Assembly (NCBI GenBank): GCA_015661075.1
Contig: JACVQJ010000011.1
Location: forward strand, 2,257 to 66,256
Direction of reading: 5' to 3'
DNA from: Parachlamydiales bacterium
GTDB taxonomy: Bacteria > Chlamydiota > Chlamydiia > Chlamydiales > SM23-39
Length of the DNA: 64,000 bases
The position numbers and the translations under genes were made by a program. Positions 9,649-20,105 of this stretch are shown here, piece after piece. Numbering within the stretch: the stretch's first letter is position 1; each line of letters begins with the position of its first letter. Under the pieces are notes generated by a model. It was given only the letters and a program-made list of their open reading frames with translations. It was not told the DNA's origin and did no database searches.

Positions 9649-11418
9649 ATGAGACTTCACGACCATTCCGTTTCCTTTTGTCCATTCAAGCAGGAAATCC
9701 GCACATACCGGTGGAGTTTTTTGCAGGGCGATTTAATGGCTGCTTTGGCGGTCGCGCTCCTCACGATCCCCCAATCGATCGCCTATTCGCTATTGGCCGG
9801 CCTGCCGCCCACAGCGGGTCTTTTTTCTGCGATCTTCGGGACGATTTTTACTTCCATCTTCGGCTCTTCGCGCCATTTGATTTCCGGGCCGAGCACCGGA
9901 ATCGCCATATTGATTCAAACGGCGATTTCCGATGTGCTCTTTGATTATTTTCCGGCGGTGGCAGGGCCGGAGCGCGATGCTCTGGTATTGCACATCCTGG
10001 GGCAGATCGTTTTGGTCATGGGCGTTGTTCAGATTGGGGCCGCTTTTTTCAATGTCAGCAAGCTGCTCCAGTTTGTGAGCCGCACCGTGATGCTGGGTTA
10101 TTTTGCCGGGATCATGACGGCTGTGATCATCAATCAGCTCTTTTACTTTTTCGGCGTCCACCCCACAGGCTCTGAAGTCATCGTCGTATTGAAGGGCGCA
10201 CAATTTTTGATGCATCTCGGACAGACGCATTGGCTGACGGTGGCGATCGGCGCCGCAAGCCTGCTTTTGCTCATGCTATTGAAGCGCTCGCGAAGGGCTC
10301 TTCCCGACGCTCTGATCGTGCTCATCGCCGCCTCCGCCCTGAATTGGGGCCTCGGCGTATGGCTGCAGCATCCGGCCGCCCCAACGCTTCGTGAATTTGG
10401 CCTGTCGGCCCAGCCGTTTCCCGAGCTCGCATGGCCGATTCTCGATTTCAAGATGATCAACCGGATCTTTCCCTCCGCCATCGCCATCGCTTTTTTGGCC
10501 ATCCTGGAGGTCTTTTCCATCTCGCGCAATTTTGCCGCGCGCTGCGGCCAGCGCGTGCAGGCCAATCAGGATATCTTTGGACTTGGCGTCGGCAACATGG
10601 TCTTGTCATTTCTCATTGGCGCAATGCCCGCCTCCGGCAGCGCGACCCGAACGGCGTTAAACTTCCGCTTTCAGGCCCAGACCCGTTTTGCCGCCATCTT
10701 CAGCGGCATTTTTACGGCAGGGATCATCATCTTTTGCTGGCCGCTCATCCAGCTAATCCCCTTGCCCGCACTGGCGGCTCTCTTACTCGCCACCATGCCG
10801 ATGCTGGTGAATTTCAAGGAAGTCAGGCTGGCCCTGCGCGCGACGAGAGAGGATCGGTGGGTCTTTTTTCTGACTTTTGCCGCCTGCCTGATTTTTACTC
10901 TGGACGTTGCCTTTTTTATCGGCATCGTGATTTCCATTGGAACGTACTTGCGCAGATCCGCCATTCCGCATCTCGTCGAGTATGCCTTCAACTCCAAGGG
11001 CCGGCTCGTGGTCGTCAGCCCCAAAGAAGACGTTCATCGCAAAGTGAGAATCATCGGCATCGGCGGCGATCTCTATTTTGCCTCGGCCGATGTTTTCCAA
11101 GAAGCGCTGCAGGAGATCGCCGAAGATCCCAGCGTTGCGGCCATCGTGCTGCGGCTGACCAATGTCTATCATATGGATGCGTCCATGTGCCTGGCGATCC
11201 AGCGATTGCATGAAACGCTGGAATCAACTCATCGCCATCTCGTCATCAGCGGATTGACTGAAGAGGTGTGGCACGTTTTTCATCGCACCGGCCTGGTCAA
11301 GCGCATTGGCCTGGACAATCTCTATTTCACCGATGAGAGCAATCCGCAATTTTCCACCTGGAAAGCATGCCTGCGCGCCCAGGAGCTCATCCATAAGTCG
11401 GCGAAATATTCCATGTGA
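9649..11418 (+). CDS. SulP-family anion (sulfate) permease with C-terminal STAS domain
   Basis: N-terminal LQGDLMAALAVALLTIPQSIAYSLLAGLPP motif, multiple transmembrane helices, and a STAS-like C-terminus (IIGIGGDLYFASADVFQEAL...VLRLTNVYHMDAS). Confidence 0.9.
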   Translation: MRLHDHSVSFCPFKQEIRTYRWSFLQGDLMAALAVALLTIPQSIAYSLLAGLPPTAGLFSAIFGTIFTSIFGSSRHLISGPSTGIAILIQTAISDVLFDYFPAVAGPERDALVLHILGQIVLVMGVVQIGAAFFNVSKLLQFVSRTVMLGYFAGIMTAVIINQLFYFFGVHPTGSEVIVVLKGAQFLMHLGQTHWLTVAIGAASLLLLMLLKRSRRALPDALIVLIAASALNWGLGVWLQHPAAPTLREFGLSAQPFPELAWPILDFKMINRIFPSAIAIAFLAILEVFSISRNFAARCGQRVQANQDIFGLGVGNMVLSFLIGAMPASGSATRTALNFRFQAQTRFAAIFSGIFTAGIIIFCWPLIQLIPLPALAALLLATMPMLVNFKEVRLALRATREDRWVFFLTFAACLIFTLDVAFFIGIVISIGTYLRRSAIPHLVEYAFNSKGRLVVVSPKEDVHRKVRIIGIGGDLYFASADVFQEALQEIAEDPSVAAIVLRLTNVYHMDASMCLAIQRLHETLESTHRHLVISGLTEEVWHVFHRTGLVKRIGLDNLYFTDESNPQFSTWKACLRAQELIHKSAKYSM

Positions 11419-11661
11419 TCAGCTCATTTACATTCTCATTAAATTTTTGGAAAACGCTGAGTTTAAAAGAACTGAGATGCCAAGACGCTGCTGTGAAACG
11501 AACGGCCTAAGAATTAGCTACTTACAAACGGTAGGCGGTGTTTTTCGAGCAAAATCTACAAAAGAGTCAGGGAACTTGGGCTAATTCTTACTAAATCTTT
11601 TTTAGAAAATCGATTTGCAGAATCCCCTCTATAGTTTGAACGTAGCAGCAATGTGTTGCGT

Positions 11662-11979
11662 TCAAGTTGTTTGGGCTTTGCTTTTTCTGGATCTTTTCAT
11701 GATCCATCGTTGGATGAATTTTCCCCGTTCTTGCCCTTTTTGCTGACGTACCAGCTCCATTTGCTGTAAAGACGTTCCCATTTGATGACAAAAAGCGTCC
11801 AACACTTCCACGATGTCCGCCATCTCTTCGGGACACGGATTTTCTAAAAACTCATCGACCTCTTCCTGGAGTTTTTTTCTTAAAAAAAAATGATATTCAG
11901 CAGGGTCCGCTTGATAAAAAGCAACATCGCATGATTCCTTGCATATCTCAGGAATGCGATCTCGGACTAATTTTTTGAT
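11662..11979 (-). CDS. MazG-like all-alpha NTP pyrophosphohydrolase (phosphoribosyl-ATP-PPase-like), with no canonical start codon
   Basis: Absent from the ORF track. My own minus-strand translation gives (I)KKLVRDRIPEICKESCDVAFYQADPAEYHFFLRKKLQEEVDEFLENPCPEEMADIVEVLDAFCHQMGTSLQQMELVRQQKGQERGKFIQRWIMK. This fits the KLVRDxIPEI ... EExADxxEV ... KxxxRGxF pattern of that family. The only candidate start is ATC at 11979, 7 nt after GAGG; an in-frame TAG lies 3 codons upstream of it. Confidence 0.5.
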   Translation of the reverse strand: MKKLVRDRIPEICKESCDVAFYQADPAEYHFFLRKKLQEEVDEFLENPCPEEMADIVEVLDAFCHQMGTSLQQMELVRQQKGQERGKFIQRWIMKRSRKSKAQTT

Positions 11980-11994
11980 AAAACACCTCTACGT

Positions 11995-12585
11995 TTATGG
12001 TTTTTTTCGCACTATGATATTCAGCCAATGGCACTGACTACGAGTCGCTTCAGTGCCTGAAACATGGATCCACTCATCAAGGATGGTAAATTCGTCGAGG
12101 AAGGGTAAAAGCGTCTCATTATCGATATAGTTAAAGGTTCTGTCGCATTCGTGAGATACTCCTTTTCCTTCTTTAAAAGACATGAAAAGAACTCCATTCG
12201 GTTTAAGAGCTCTGCATAACCTATTTATTACATCAGGTAGAGAATTTAATGAAACATGCACTAAAGATGCCAAAGCCCAGATTCCATTAAATTCCTCAAA
12301 AAAATCCATTTCTTCAAAGACCCCTTTTGTCGCGGGGAGTTTTAAGGTTTCTGTTACATACTTAACCATTTCTTCAGACGCGTCAAAACCCATTACCTTA
12401 TATCCCAAATGATAAAAAGCTAACATATCTCGGCCAGGGCCGCAGCCAGCATCCAGAATCGTTGCTGAAACCGGAAGATATTTTAAGAATCGTTCTTGCT
12501 GATCCTTCAAATTCAGATAAAAAGTCCTTTCAAAATAGGTGGAGAAGTTGTTGTTATAAAAATTGATGGTATTTAGGTCTATCAT
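11995..12585 (-). CDS. class I SAM-dependent methyltransferase
   Basis: Motif I ILDAGCGPGRD, followed by GFDASEEMV and LKPNGVLFMSF. I prefer the ATG at 12585 (MIDLNT). The TTG at 12606 lies inside the IS inverted repeat. Confidence 0.8.
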   Translation of the reverse strand: MIDLNTINFYNNNFSTYFERTFYLNLKDQQERFLKYLPVSATILDAGCGPGRDMLAFYHLGYKVMGFDASEEMVKYVTETLKLPATKGVFEEMDFFEEFNGIWALASLVHVSLNSLPDVINRLCRALKPNGVLFMSFKEGKGVSHECDRTFNYIDNETLLPFLDEFTILDEWIHVSGTEATRSQCHWLNIIVRKKP

Positions 12586-12593
12586 TGCCACCT

Positions 12594-13756
12594 CTGTGCT
12601 GGACAAAAAATAAATTGATGAAGAGAACTCGCTGAAGAGCGATCATATCTCGTTGATTTTCAAACATCGAGGTATAATGAAGCACGTCAGCGAGCTGCAA
12701 AAAATTTTATCGCATTTCTTTGATTGGAACAAGGCCCGTTTAGATTGCCTAGGGCAAATCATTCAGGCTTTGTTCGTAGTCAGAACTATAAACCTGACCC
12801 AAGTTGCTTCAGCCTTCAAGTCGGAGGTCAAGGAGGAGTCGTCATACCGAAGAGTCTGTCGATTCTTCACTGGTTTCACCTTCGACATGAGTACAATCGT
12901 CCCTCTGGTTTTCCGCCTGTTTCCTTTCGGCGATAAATGCACTCTAATCCTGGATCGCACGAACTGGAAGTGGGGAAAAATTCCCATCAATATCTTGATG
13001 CTCTCGATTGCCTACAAAGGTATCGGCATTCCACTATTCTGGGTTGTTGTGCTGAATCTTGAAGGCAACTCGTGCGCGGGGGACATGATCGATCTGCTAA
13101 AACAAGTTGTGAAACCGCCTTGGGATCAATAGATTCGAGGCACTTCTCGCGGATCGCGAATTCATAGAAACGCAGTGGTTTCGCTTTCTGATCGAACAGA
13201 AAATTCCATTCGTTATCAGGATTAAACAGAATTCCATGGTGGAAATCGGAGAGAATGACAAACTTCCAATAGGACGCCTACGGAAACGGCTCTCAAAGAA
13301 AAAAGTTGTGGTCTTTCCCTCTACGTTTCGATCGAAAAGAGAAAAGGCGCCAAGGAACAAATGATCGTGGTCTCCAACTTCAAATTCGATGATCCTCTGG
13401 GGATGTATAGGAGGTGCTGGGAAATCGAAACTATGTTTGGTTGTTTGAAGACCTGTGGGTTCCGAATGGAGGACACTCACATCACCGATCCAGACAAAAT
13501 TGAGAAGATAATGTTCGTTCTGGCGATCGCTTTCTGCTGGGCATACCGAATGGGGGTATCCAGGATCAGATACGGGCGATAGAGGTCAAAACTCATGGGA
13601 GAAGAGCTAGGAGCCTCTTTAGGGAGGGGCTAAATCTGATTCGCCGAGCAATTTTTGGGAGATGGGCTCTAAGAAAATTCAGGCGACTGTGTCCGTGTTT
13701 TACGTGTTTAGAACCAACTGGTTGTGCGCTATGAATTTATTTTTTGTCCAGTACAG
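12594..13756 (+). mobile_element. decayed IS4-family insertion sequence (about 1.16 kb) with intact terminal inverted repeats
   Basis: 23-bp terminal inverted repeats with one mismatch: CTGTGCTGGACAAAAAATAAATT at 12594-12616 against the reverse complement of 13734-13756. They enclose transposase fragments. Confidence 0.75.
12653..13734 (+). pseudogene. IS4-family DDE transposase, broken by at least three frameshifts
   Basis: The fragments carry LILDRTNWKWG (D), LLADREF (D, second frame) and YRRCWEIETMFGCLKTCGF (the YxxRxxxE..K signature). The C-terminus KTHGRRARSLFREGLNLI is in yet another frame. Confidence 0.75.
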
Positions 13757-13837
13757 AGCTTCTGCACTAAACAGTTAACATTCAATCAGTCATCTTCCGG
13801 ACATCTACACAGTTCAATATTTTTTTCTGGCATTCGA

Positions 13838-14821
13838 TTAGAAAGGCATACGAGATTCTATCACAAGCTCAACCCTCGCAGGGGAAGCATAGATCGTAGC
13901 TGTCCCTCCGATAGGAAAAGTGAACATGGGCAATGTATGACCAAAATCAAGTCCTGCAATGATAGGCAAAGCGTTCAATTCTGGTTTTGATTGAATGATT
14001 TTAAAAAGCAACCCATTGGGTATCATTGCTTTTTGTTGAAATCTTCCAAATACGAGTCCTCGTATTTTAGAAAATGAAGGTTGTAGAATCAGCGACTGGA
14101 GACTACGATCAAATAAATCAGGATTGACGGTGTCGTCGTCTTCTATGAAAAGAATCGCATTTTCCCAAGAAGGCATATATTTTGATCCCCGTAGCAAGGT
14201 AAATGTTTGTAAATTGCCACCAATAATTTTTCCTGATGCTTGTCCCTGAGAAATAGAAAAGACCCCTTCGTTATGATGAAAGATTCGATTATGTTGATCG
14301 ATATACCATAGGTCGTCGCTCCATTGTTTACCGGGAGAAATACGGATTGGTTGCTGGGAAAATAGACATTTCTGAAAATAATCAATCACGTACCCCATCT
14401 CTTTTTGGCAACCAAAAGTTGAGAAATGGGGACCAGAAAAACTCATCAAATTTGCTTGTGCTAAGCAAGCATTTTGTAGGGCTGTAATATCTGAATAACC
14501 ACACAATATTTTTGGGTTTATCCGAATCAAGTCGAAGTCAAGATAAGGCAGCAATTGACATGAATTAAATCCGCCTATTGCTGTAAGAATGACATCTACC
14601 GATGGATCAGAAAATGCATCATGAATATCTGCGACTCTTGAAAGAACCGAAGAAGAATTAAATTCATCTTTTTCATTGCAATGTTTTGAGTAAGAAACTG
14701 TATAACCCAACGTCCCTAGAACATGTATTGCTTGATTTCTCACTTCAGAAGAGATCATCGCAAGACTGTGCGAGGGTGCGATAACTCGAATGTGACGACT
14801 TTTCATAAGATTTACATCCAT
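13838..14821 (-). CDS. LD-carboxypeptidase (peptidase S66, LdcA/MccF-like)
   Basis: IRVIAPSHSL N-terminus, nucleophile motif GYSDITAL, and C-terminal GLDFGHTLP histidine motif. Confidence 0.8.
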   Translation of the reverse strand: MDVNLMKSRHIRVIAPSHSLAMISSEVRNQAIHVLGTLGYTVSYSKHCNEKDEFNSSSVLSRVADIHDAFSDPSVDVILTAIGGFNSCQLLPYLDFDLIRINPKILCGYSDITALQNACLAQANLMSFSGPHFSTFGCQKEMGYVIDYFQKCLFSQQPIRISPGKQWSDDLWYIDQHNRIFHHNEGVFSISQGQASGKIIGGNLQTFTLLRGSKYMPSWENAILFIEDDDTVNPDLFDRSLQSLILQPSFSKIRGLVFGRFQQKAMIPNGLLFKIIQSKPELNALPIIAGLDFGHTLPMFTFPIGGTATIYASPARVELVIESRMPF

Positions 14822-15329
14822 AAGTATACCATGTGATTCAAAAATCGAGAATTGGGCAAGAAGGCACCCTGAATTTGAGCCAAGCGAAATCGACGCCGAA
14901 ACAGCCCAACTTGAATAAGTTCGATGATGCGGGCGAGCTCAAAGGCTGTGGCTGCCGATGTAGCCCAAAATCGATTTTTGAAGCATGTTCGGTAAAAGTG
15001 ATAGTTAATAATTCACGCATTCCAATCTAAGATTCATTTGATAAAAGCCCTTCAAAAGAGGCTTTTTATGGTAATGCCGCCTCTCTAGTTCCCTGTTCAT
15101 GGATTTTACTCTAAACCTGTATACAATTCAATGAGTGGCAACAGCATAGTGTTTTTTCATTGTTCTCAGAGGAAACCTCTGGTAAGATGTAGCATTCTTT
15201 TATTGCAGATAACAGTATTGTATATGGCATCCTCGTATACGACTGCTCGAGTACAGGCTCTCTAAGAGTGGCTGAACTTGAGGATCAAAATATTAAAATT
15301 GATGCTTAAAAAATGGAGCCCACTTTTTC

Positions 15330-17054
15330 ATGCCACGCCATCTAATTACAAGCGCATTGCCATATATCAATGGAGTTAAACATTTGGGCAACCTTATCGG
15401 TTCTATTTTGCCTGCCGATGTATATTCACGATATCTTCGCCAGCAAGGGGAAGAGGTATTATTCATTTGCGGAGTCGATGAACATGGGACTCCGGCTGAA
15501 ATAGCAGCCGAAAACAATCGGCAGTCCGTAGAAGAATACTGCACTGCTATGTTTACAAAACAAAAGGATATTTATGAGCGCTTCGAAATATCCTTCGACC
15601 ATTTTGGACGGAGCTCTTCAAAACACAACCATAAGTTGACTCAGCATTTTTTTATCGACCTCTACAACAAGGGGCATATTTATAAAAAAACCATAGAACA
15701 GTTTTATTCGGAGAAGGATCAAAGGTTTTTGCCTGACCGCTATGTTCAAGGGACCTGCCCTCATTGCGGTTATGAACAAGCACGTGGCGATCAGTGCGAT
15801 GGATGCTGTGAGTTGCTGGACCCCGCGGAGTTGATCAATCCTTATTCATCACTCAGTGGAGATCGGGCAATCAAGCTACGCACAACAGAGCATTTTTTTC
15901 TTCGTTTATCAGGCCTTCAGGAAACCATTGAGGAGTGGGTCAAAACCCGGACATGGTCTCGAGCTACCCAGGGAATCGCTCTCAAATGGATTAAAGAAGG
16001 ATTAAAAGATCGATGCATTACCAGAGACCTAAAATGGGGAATCCCCGTTCCTCTTGAGGGCTACGAGGACAAAGTATTCTATGTTTGGTTTGATGCCCCG
16101 AATGCATATATTGGGATCACGCAAGATTGGGCCGAACAAGAGAACAATCCTTTAGAGTGGGAACGATGGTGGAAGCCATCCGATCCACAAGATGTGCATT
16201 ACACACAATTTATGGCGAAAGACAATGTTCCATTCCATGCTATTTTCTGGCCGGCTGTTTTGCTGGCCATTGATAAAAACTGGAAACTTGTCGATACTCT
16301 TCACAGCTTTTCGTGGCTTAATTATGAGGATGGAAAATTTTCAACTTCTCGCGGAAGAGGCATTTTTACCGACACCGCACTTGAAGAGTTCCCTTCCGAC
16401 TACTGGCGTTATTATCTCTTGTCAATTACTCCGGAATCTCAGGATTCCAGTTTCACGATCGAAGGATTCGTTGCAACGATCAATAAAGATCTTGCAGATG
16501 TCTTGGGTAATTTTGTGTCACGAACGACTACTTTTGTCGATCGCTACTTTGATGGACGAATCCCTCAAAAGGGTGACGGCATTTGCTATGATGAAAAACT
16601 GTTTCAAGAGGTAAAGCTTCATTTTGAAAATTTAGGCGCCTGCCTTGAAAATTTACGATACCGGGAGGCCATCAAGGAAATGCGAAGCCTCTTTGTACTC
16701 GGTAACCTTTATTTTACTGAAAAAGAACCATGGAATCTCATCAAGACAGATAGGGATCAAACAGCTCAAATTTTACACGACTGTTTATTCCTGATCTACT
16801 GTTTCGCGGTTGCTTGCGCTCCTATCATCCCCACTACAAGCCGAAAGCTCTTCACGTTTATTGGAGAAGAAGGAGATCCCAGTCAGATCCCGTTCAGCTT
16901 TTTAAAGACGGCGGCTGTACACTTCGAAGGACGTAAGATAATAAAGGCTCCTAAGCTTTTTGAAAAGATCGATTCCGCACGGACTGAAGAGATTAAGAAT
17001 AAATTTAGCGGCGACCAGGCTCTTCGCAAGCAAAAATGTTGCCTAGAAAAGTAA
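15330..17054 (+). CDS. metG: methionyl-tRNA synthetase
   Basis: Class I HIGH-type motif PYINGVKHLGNL, zinc knuckle CPHCGYEQARGDQCDGCC, and KMSKS-type KFSTSRG. Confidence 0.95.
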   Translation: MPRHLITSALPYINGVKHLGNLIGSILPADVYSRYLRQQGEEVLFICGVDEHGTPAEIAAENNRQSVEEYCTAMFTKQKDIYERFEISFDHFGRSSSKHNHKLTQHFFIDLYNKGHIYKKTIEQFYSEKDQRFLPDRYVQGTCPHCGYEQARGDQCDGCCELLDPAELINPYSSLSGDRAIKLRTTEHFFLRLSGLQETIEEWVKTRTWSRATQGIALKWIKEGLKDRCITRDLKWGIPVPLEGYEDKVFYVWFDAPNAYIGITQDWAEQENNPLEWERWWKPSDPQDVHYTQFMAKDNVPFHAIFWPAVLLAIDKNWKLVDTLHSFSWLNYEDGKFSTSRGRGIFTDTALEEFPSDYWRYYLLSITPESQDSSFTIEGFVATINKDLADVLGNFVSRTTTFVDRYFDGRIPQKGDGICYDEKLFQEVKLHFENLGACLENLRYREAIKEMRSLFVLGNLYFTEKEPWNLIKTDRDQTAQILHDCLFLIYCFAVACAPIIPTTSRKLFTFIGEEGDPSQIPFSFLKTAAVHFEGRKIIKAPKLFEKIDSARTEEIKNKFSGDQALRKQKCCLEK

Positions 17055-17072
17055 CAGGAGGCATTAAACAAC

Positions 17073-17852
17073 ATGTCGATTCCCAAATGTAAAAATAAAT
17101 TTTCTTCTCAATCCCTGGTCGAACCGGAAAGGTATTATCAATATCTCCGCGATCAAGGGATGATCAAGGAACAAAAGATTCCTATGGCGGTAGTGATGTG
17201 CTTTTCTCCTGCCATGGTGGAATACGCCAAGTCAAAATATACCTTGTCCAAGAAGGATGGTTTCAATATAGGAGAACTTTATTCTATAAATGAAACCAAT
17301 GAACGTGTCGGCTTGTTTCTGTGCCATGGTGTAGGGGCTCCTGGCGCGGCAATCAATCTTGAGGAAATGATTGTTTCAGGGGTCCAGCGGATTTTCATTG
17401 TGGGCAGTGCTGGAAGCCTTCAGGGACGAGTGAACCCGGGTGATCTAGTGCTGTGCGAAGGCGCTTTGCGTGATGAGGGTACTTCCCATCATTATGTTTT
17501 AGAGGGAGATTTCAGTACCCCGTCGGCCGCTCTGATGCAAAAGATGACGACTTACCTGGACAACCAAAATATTCCCCATCACAAAGGATTAACGTGGACG
17601 ATTGACACTCCCTATCGAGAGACGAAAGAAGAGGTGCTAACCTATCAAAAAATGGGAGTTCTGACGGTAGAAATGGAAGCATCAGCTTGTTTTTCTGTGG
17701 CGCAGTTCCGCAACAAAGAGATAGGGGCCATTTTTGTAATCAGTGATACTATGGCAGATCTACATTGGCAACCGAAATTCTTCTCTCAAGAAGTGGCAAA
17801 TGGTTTGCACAGGTCATTTGACGCGGTAGTTGGACTTCTGGCCTCACTATGA
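17073..17852 (+). CDS. nucleoside phosphorylase (PNP/UDP family, uridine-phosphorylase-like)
   Basis: Motifs GVGAPGAAINLEEM, IFIVGSAGSL, ALRDEGTSHHY and VEMEASA are typical of family-1 nucleoside phosphorylases. Confidence 0.7.
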   Translation: MSIPKCKNKFSSQSLVEPERYYQYLRDQGMIKEQKIPMAVVMCFSPAMVEYAKSKYTLSKKDGFNIGELYSINETNERVGLFLCHGVGAPGAAINLEEMIVSGVQRIFIVGSAGSLQGRVNPGDLVLCEGALRDEGTSHHYVLEGDFSTPSAALMQKMTTYLDNQNIPHHKGLTWTIDTPYRETKEEVLTYQKMGVLTVEMEASACFSVAQFRNKEIGAIFVISDTMADLHWQPKFFSQEVANGLHRSFDAVVGLLASL

Positions 17853-18565
17853 AAAGAGATATTGTCATTATAACAGGTGGGAGCAATGGCATAGGCAAAG
17901 CTACCATTGAAGCGCTGGTCAAGAGAGGGTGTTATATTATCTATAACCTCGACCTGGAGGCTCCTTTAAGAGCTGCTCATGCTGATGGCATATGGTTGCA
18001 ATGCGATGTCTCTATCGCAAAACAGGTAGACGATGCTGTGAGGCAGATTGCCGAAAGACACAAGGTCATTGATTGCCTTTTCGCCAATGCCGGAGTCCAT
18101 CATGTGTCTACAATTGAAGAGATTTCAGAAGCTGATATCGATCGATTAATCAGGACCAACCTCGTGGGCATGATTAACACACTTCGAGCGGTTTTGCCGA
18201 TCATGAGAAAACAATTGAACGGCAATATCGTCCTAATGGGTTCAGATCAGTCCTTGGTGGGTAAGAGCGAGAGCGCCATCTACGGGGCTACAAAGGCCGC
18301 CATCGCATCTTTGACAAAGAGCACGGCAATTGATTACGGGAAGTATAATATACGCATTAATTGCGTATGCCCCGGACCCGTTGACACCCGGATTTACCGA
18401 AATGCTTTGGCACAATGTGTTACGCGCATGGACATGACAGAGGAGGATGTTTTCAAGCTGTCTTGCTCTAAACAATCTCTGCAACGGATTGGTAAACCGG
18501 AAGAGATCGCAGAGGTAGTTGCCTTATATTGCGACCAACTCTTTGACTTACCAGCCATTCTTTGA
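17849..18565 (+). CDS. short-chain dehydrogenase/reductase (SDR)
   Basis: TGGSNGIGKA cofactor motif, NAG, and catalytic YGATKAA. There is a 4-nt ATGA overlap with the upstream gene. Confidence 0.85.
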   Translation: MKRDIVIITGGSNGIGKATIEALVKRGCYIIYNLDLEAPLRAAHADGIWLQCDVSIAKQVDDAVRQIAERHKVIDCLFANAGVHHVSTIEEISEADIDRLIRTNLVGMINTLRAVLPIMRKQLNGNIVLMGSDQSLVGKSESAIYGATKAAIASLTKSTAIDYGKYNIRINCVCPGPVDTRIYRNALAQCVTRMDMTEEDVFKLSCSKQSLQRIGKPEEIAEVVALYCDQLFDLPAIL

Positions 18566-18613
18566 CAATTTTAGCAATTGTAAATAATCCATCCGATCCT
18601 GCATAAAATTTTC

Positions 18614-20101
18614 ATGAATTTAAGTGCGCAAGTTCGAATAGGACACAACGTTCTTTTCTTAATGCAAATGTTTACGACTCTGGCGTTCAGCATCCTATAT
18701 TCGACATTGATCTTGTATGCAACGCAGGGTTTGCACTTGGAATCCCCTCATGCAATCGCCTTGACAAGTGGATTTATCGCCTTAAATTTTGCGCTGCATG
18801 TTTTGGGCGGCTATTTGTGCGGTCGATTGCTGAGCTATCGAGGGCTGTTTATCGTCGGAATGTTTTTACAATCTATTGGGTGTCTGATCATATCCATTCC
18901 AACTCTTCAATCGTTTATTTTGGGTATGGCGATTTTTTTGTCGAGTTGTGGTCTTAATGTGATTTGCATTAATTGCATATTGACCCAAATGTTTGAGGCG
19001 CACGACAAAAGACGCGAATCGGCATTTCTCTGGAATCACAGTGGGCTGAATTTAGGCTTTATTATCGGCTTTACCATTAGCGGTTTTTTTCAACTTTATA
19101 AAAATTTCCACTCTCTTTTCCTCTTCGCCACTTTCGGAAGTCTGATTTCTTTATTGATAACGATTTTGAATTGGAAATATCTGGCTGATCAAGGAACTCT
19201 TTATAGTTGCAGCAAAAATCGGATCCAACGGGGTATTTTAACCGGATTGATTTTCATTGGATTGATCATCATTCTCCCATTTCTCTTGAATCATGTGAAT
19301 TTAACGAACGAAATGGTTTGCCTGGCAGGTATTGTTGTCGCTCTTCTGTTCGTCTATTTCTATTGGAAAGAGCCGGCGCTTGAAATCTCCAAAAAAATTA
19401 AGGCATTTTTCATACTTGGTTTGAGTAGTTTGATCTTTTGGACTCTGTATCAAATGGCCCCCATGGGGTTGACTCTCTTTTTTCAGCACAATGTGAATCG
19501 TTTTTTCTTTGGATATACGATTCCTCCTCAATGGATAATAAATATCAATCCGGTTGTGATCGTTTTCGGTGGGCCGCTTTTAGCGATGATCAATCAAAGT
19601 TTTAGAAAGAAAGGATACAATATATCCATTCCATTCCAGTTTACTACAGCCCTTTTTCTAATTGGCGTCGGTTTTCTCCTCCCTCCTATCGGCATATATC
19701 TCGCAGATTCGAAAGGATATTCTGCAATTGGTTGGATCATTGGTTCTTATGTACTTCAAAGCGTAGGAGAGCTTTTCATCTCGCCGATCGGCTTTGCAAT
19801 GGTCGGCCAGTTGATCCCTTCCAGATTACAAGGACTTGCAATGGGCACTTGGTACATGGTTGCGGGGGTGGCGGCAACTCTTTCAAACTATTTTTCTCAA
19901 ACGGCGATTGGATCTTCGAATGCGATAGATCCTCTCATCACGAATCCTAGTTATAGTTCGTCCTTTTTAAAACTCGCCATTTGTTCCATCGCTGGAAGTG
20001 CGGTTTTGTTTTTCTTAAGGCCACTTTTGCACAAATTAATTCAAGAAACAACTCCATCGCATTCCACCGAACTTCGCAATTATAATGCTTCGTATAAATA
20101 A
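18614..20101 (+). CDS. MFS transporter, proton-dependent oligopeptide transporter (POT)-like
   Basis: 495 aa with 12-14 transmembrane helices. The overall arrangement resembles DtpT-type transporters, but the canonical ExxERF motif is not obvious. Confidence 0.6.
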   Translation: MNLSAQVRIGHNVLFLMQMFTTLAFSILYSTLILYATQGLHLESPHAIALTSGFIALNFALHVLGGYLCGRLLSYRGLFIVGMFLQSIGCLIISIPTLQSFILGMAIFLSSCGLNVICINCILTQMFEAHDKRRESAFLWNHSGLNLGFIIGFTISGFFQLYKNFHSLFLFATFGSLISLLITILNWKYLADQGTLYSCSKNRIQRGILTGLIFIGLIIILPFLLNHVNLTNEMVCLAGIVVALLFVYFYWKEPALEISKKIKAFFILGLSSLIFWTLYQMAPMGLTLFFQHNVNRFFFGYTIPPQWIININPVVIVFGGPLLAMINQSFRKKGYNISIPFQFTTALFLIGVGFLLPPIGIYLADSKGYSAIGWIIGSYVLQSVGELFISPIGFAMVGQLIPSRLQGLAMGTWYMVAGVAATLSNYFSQTAIGSSNAIDPLITNPSYSSSFLKLAICSIAGSAVLFFLRPLLHKLIQETTPSHSTELRNYNASYK

Positions 20102-20105
20102 TTTA

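Noticed and set aside
14833-15329. The 500-bp spacer upstream of metG, examined for a T-box leader or a small gene (65-aa ORF at 14833-15030).
   Set aside because: No specifier-loop or T-box consensus could be found, only weak hairpins. The 65-aa ORF has no RBS or recognisable motif.
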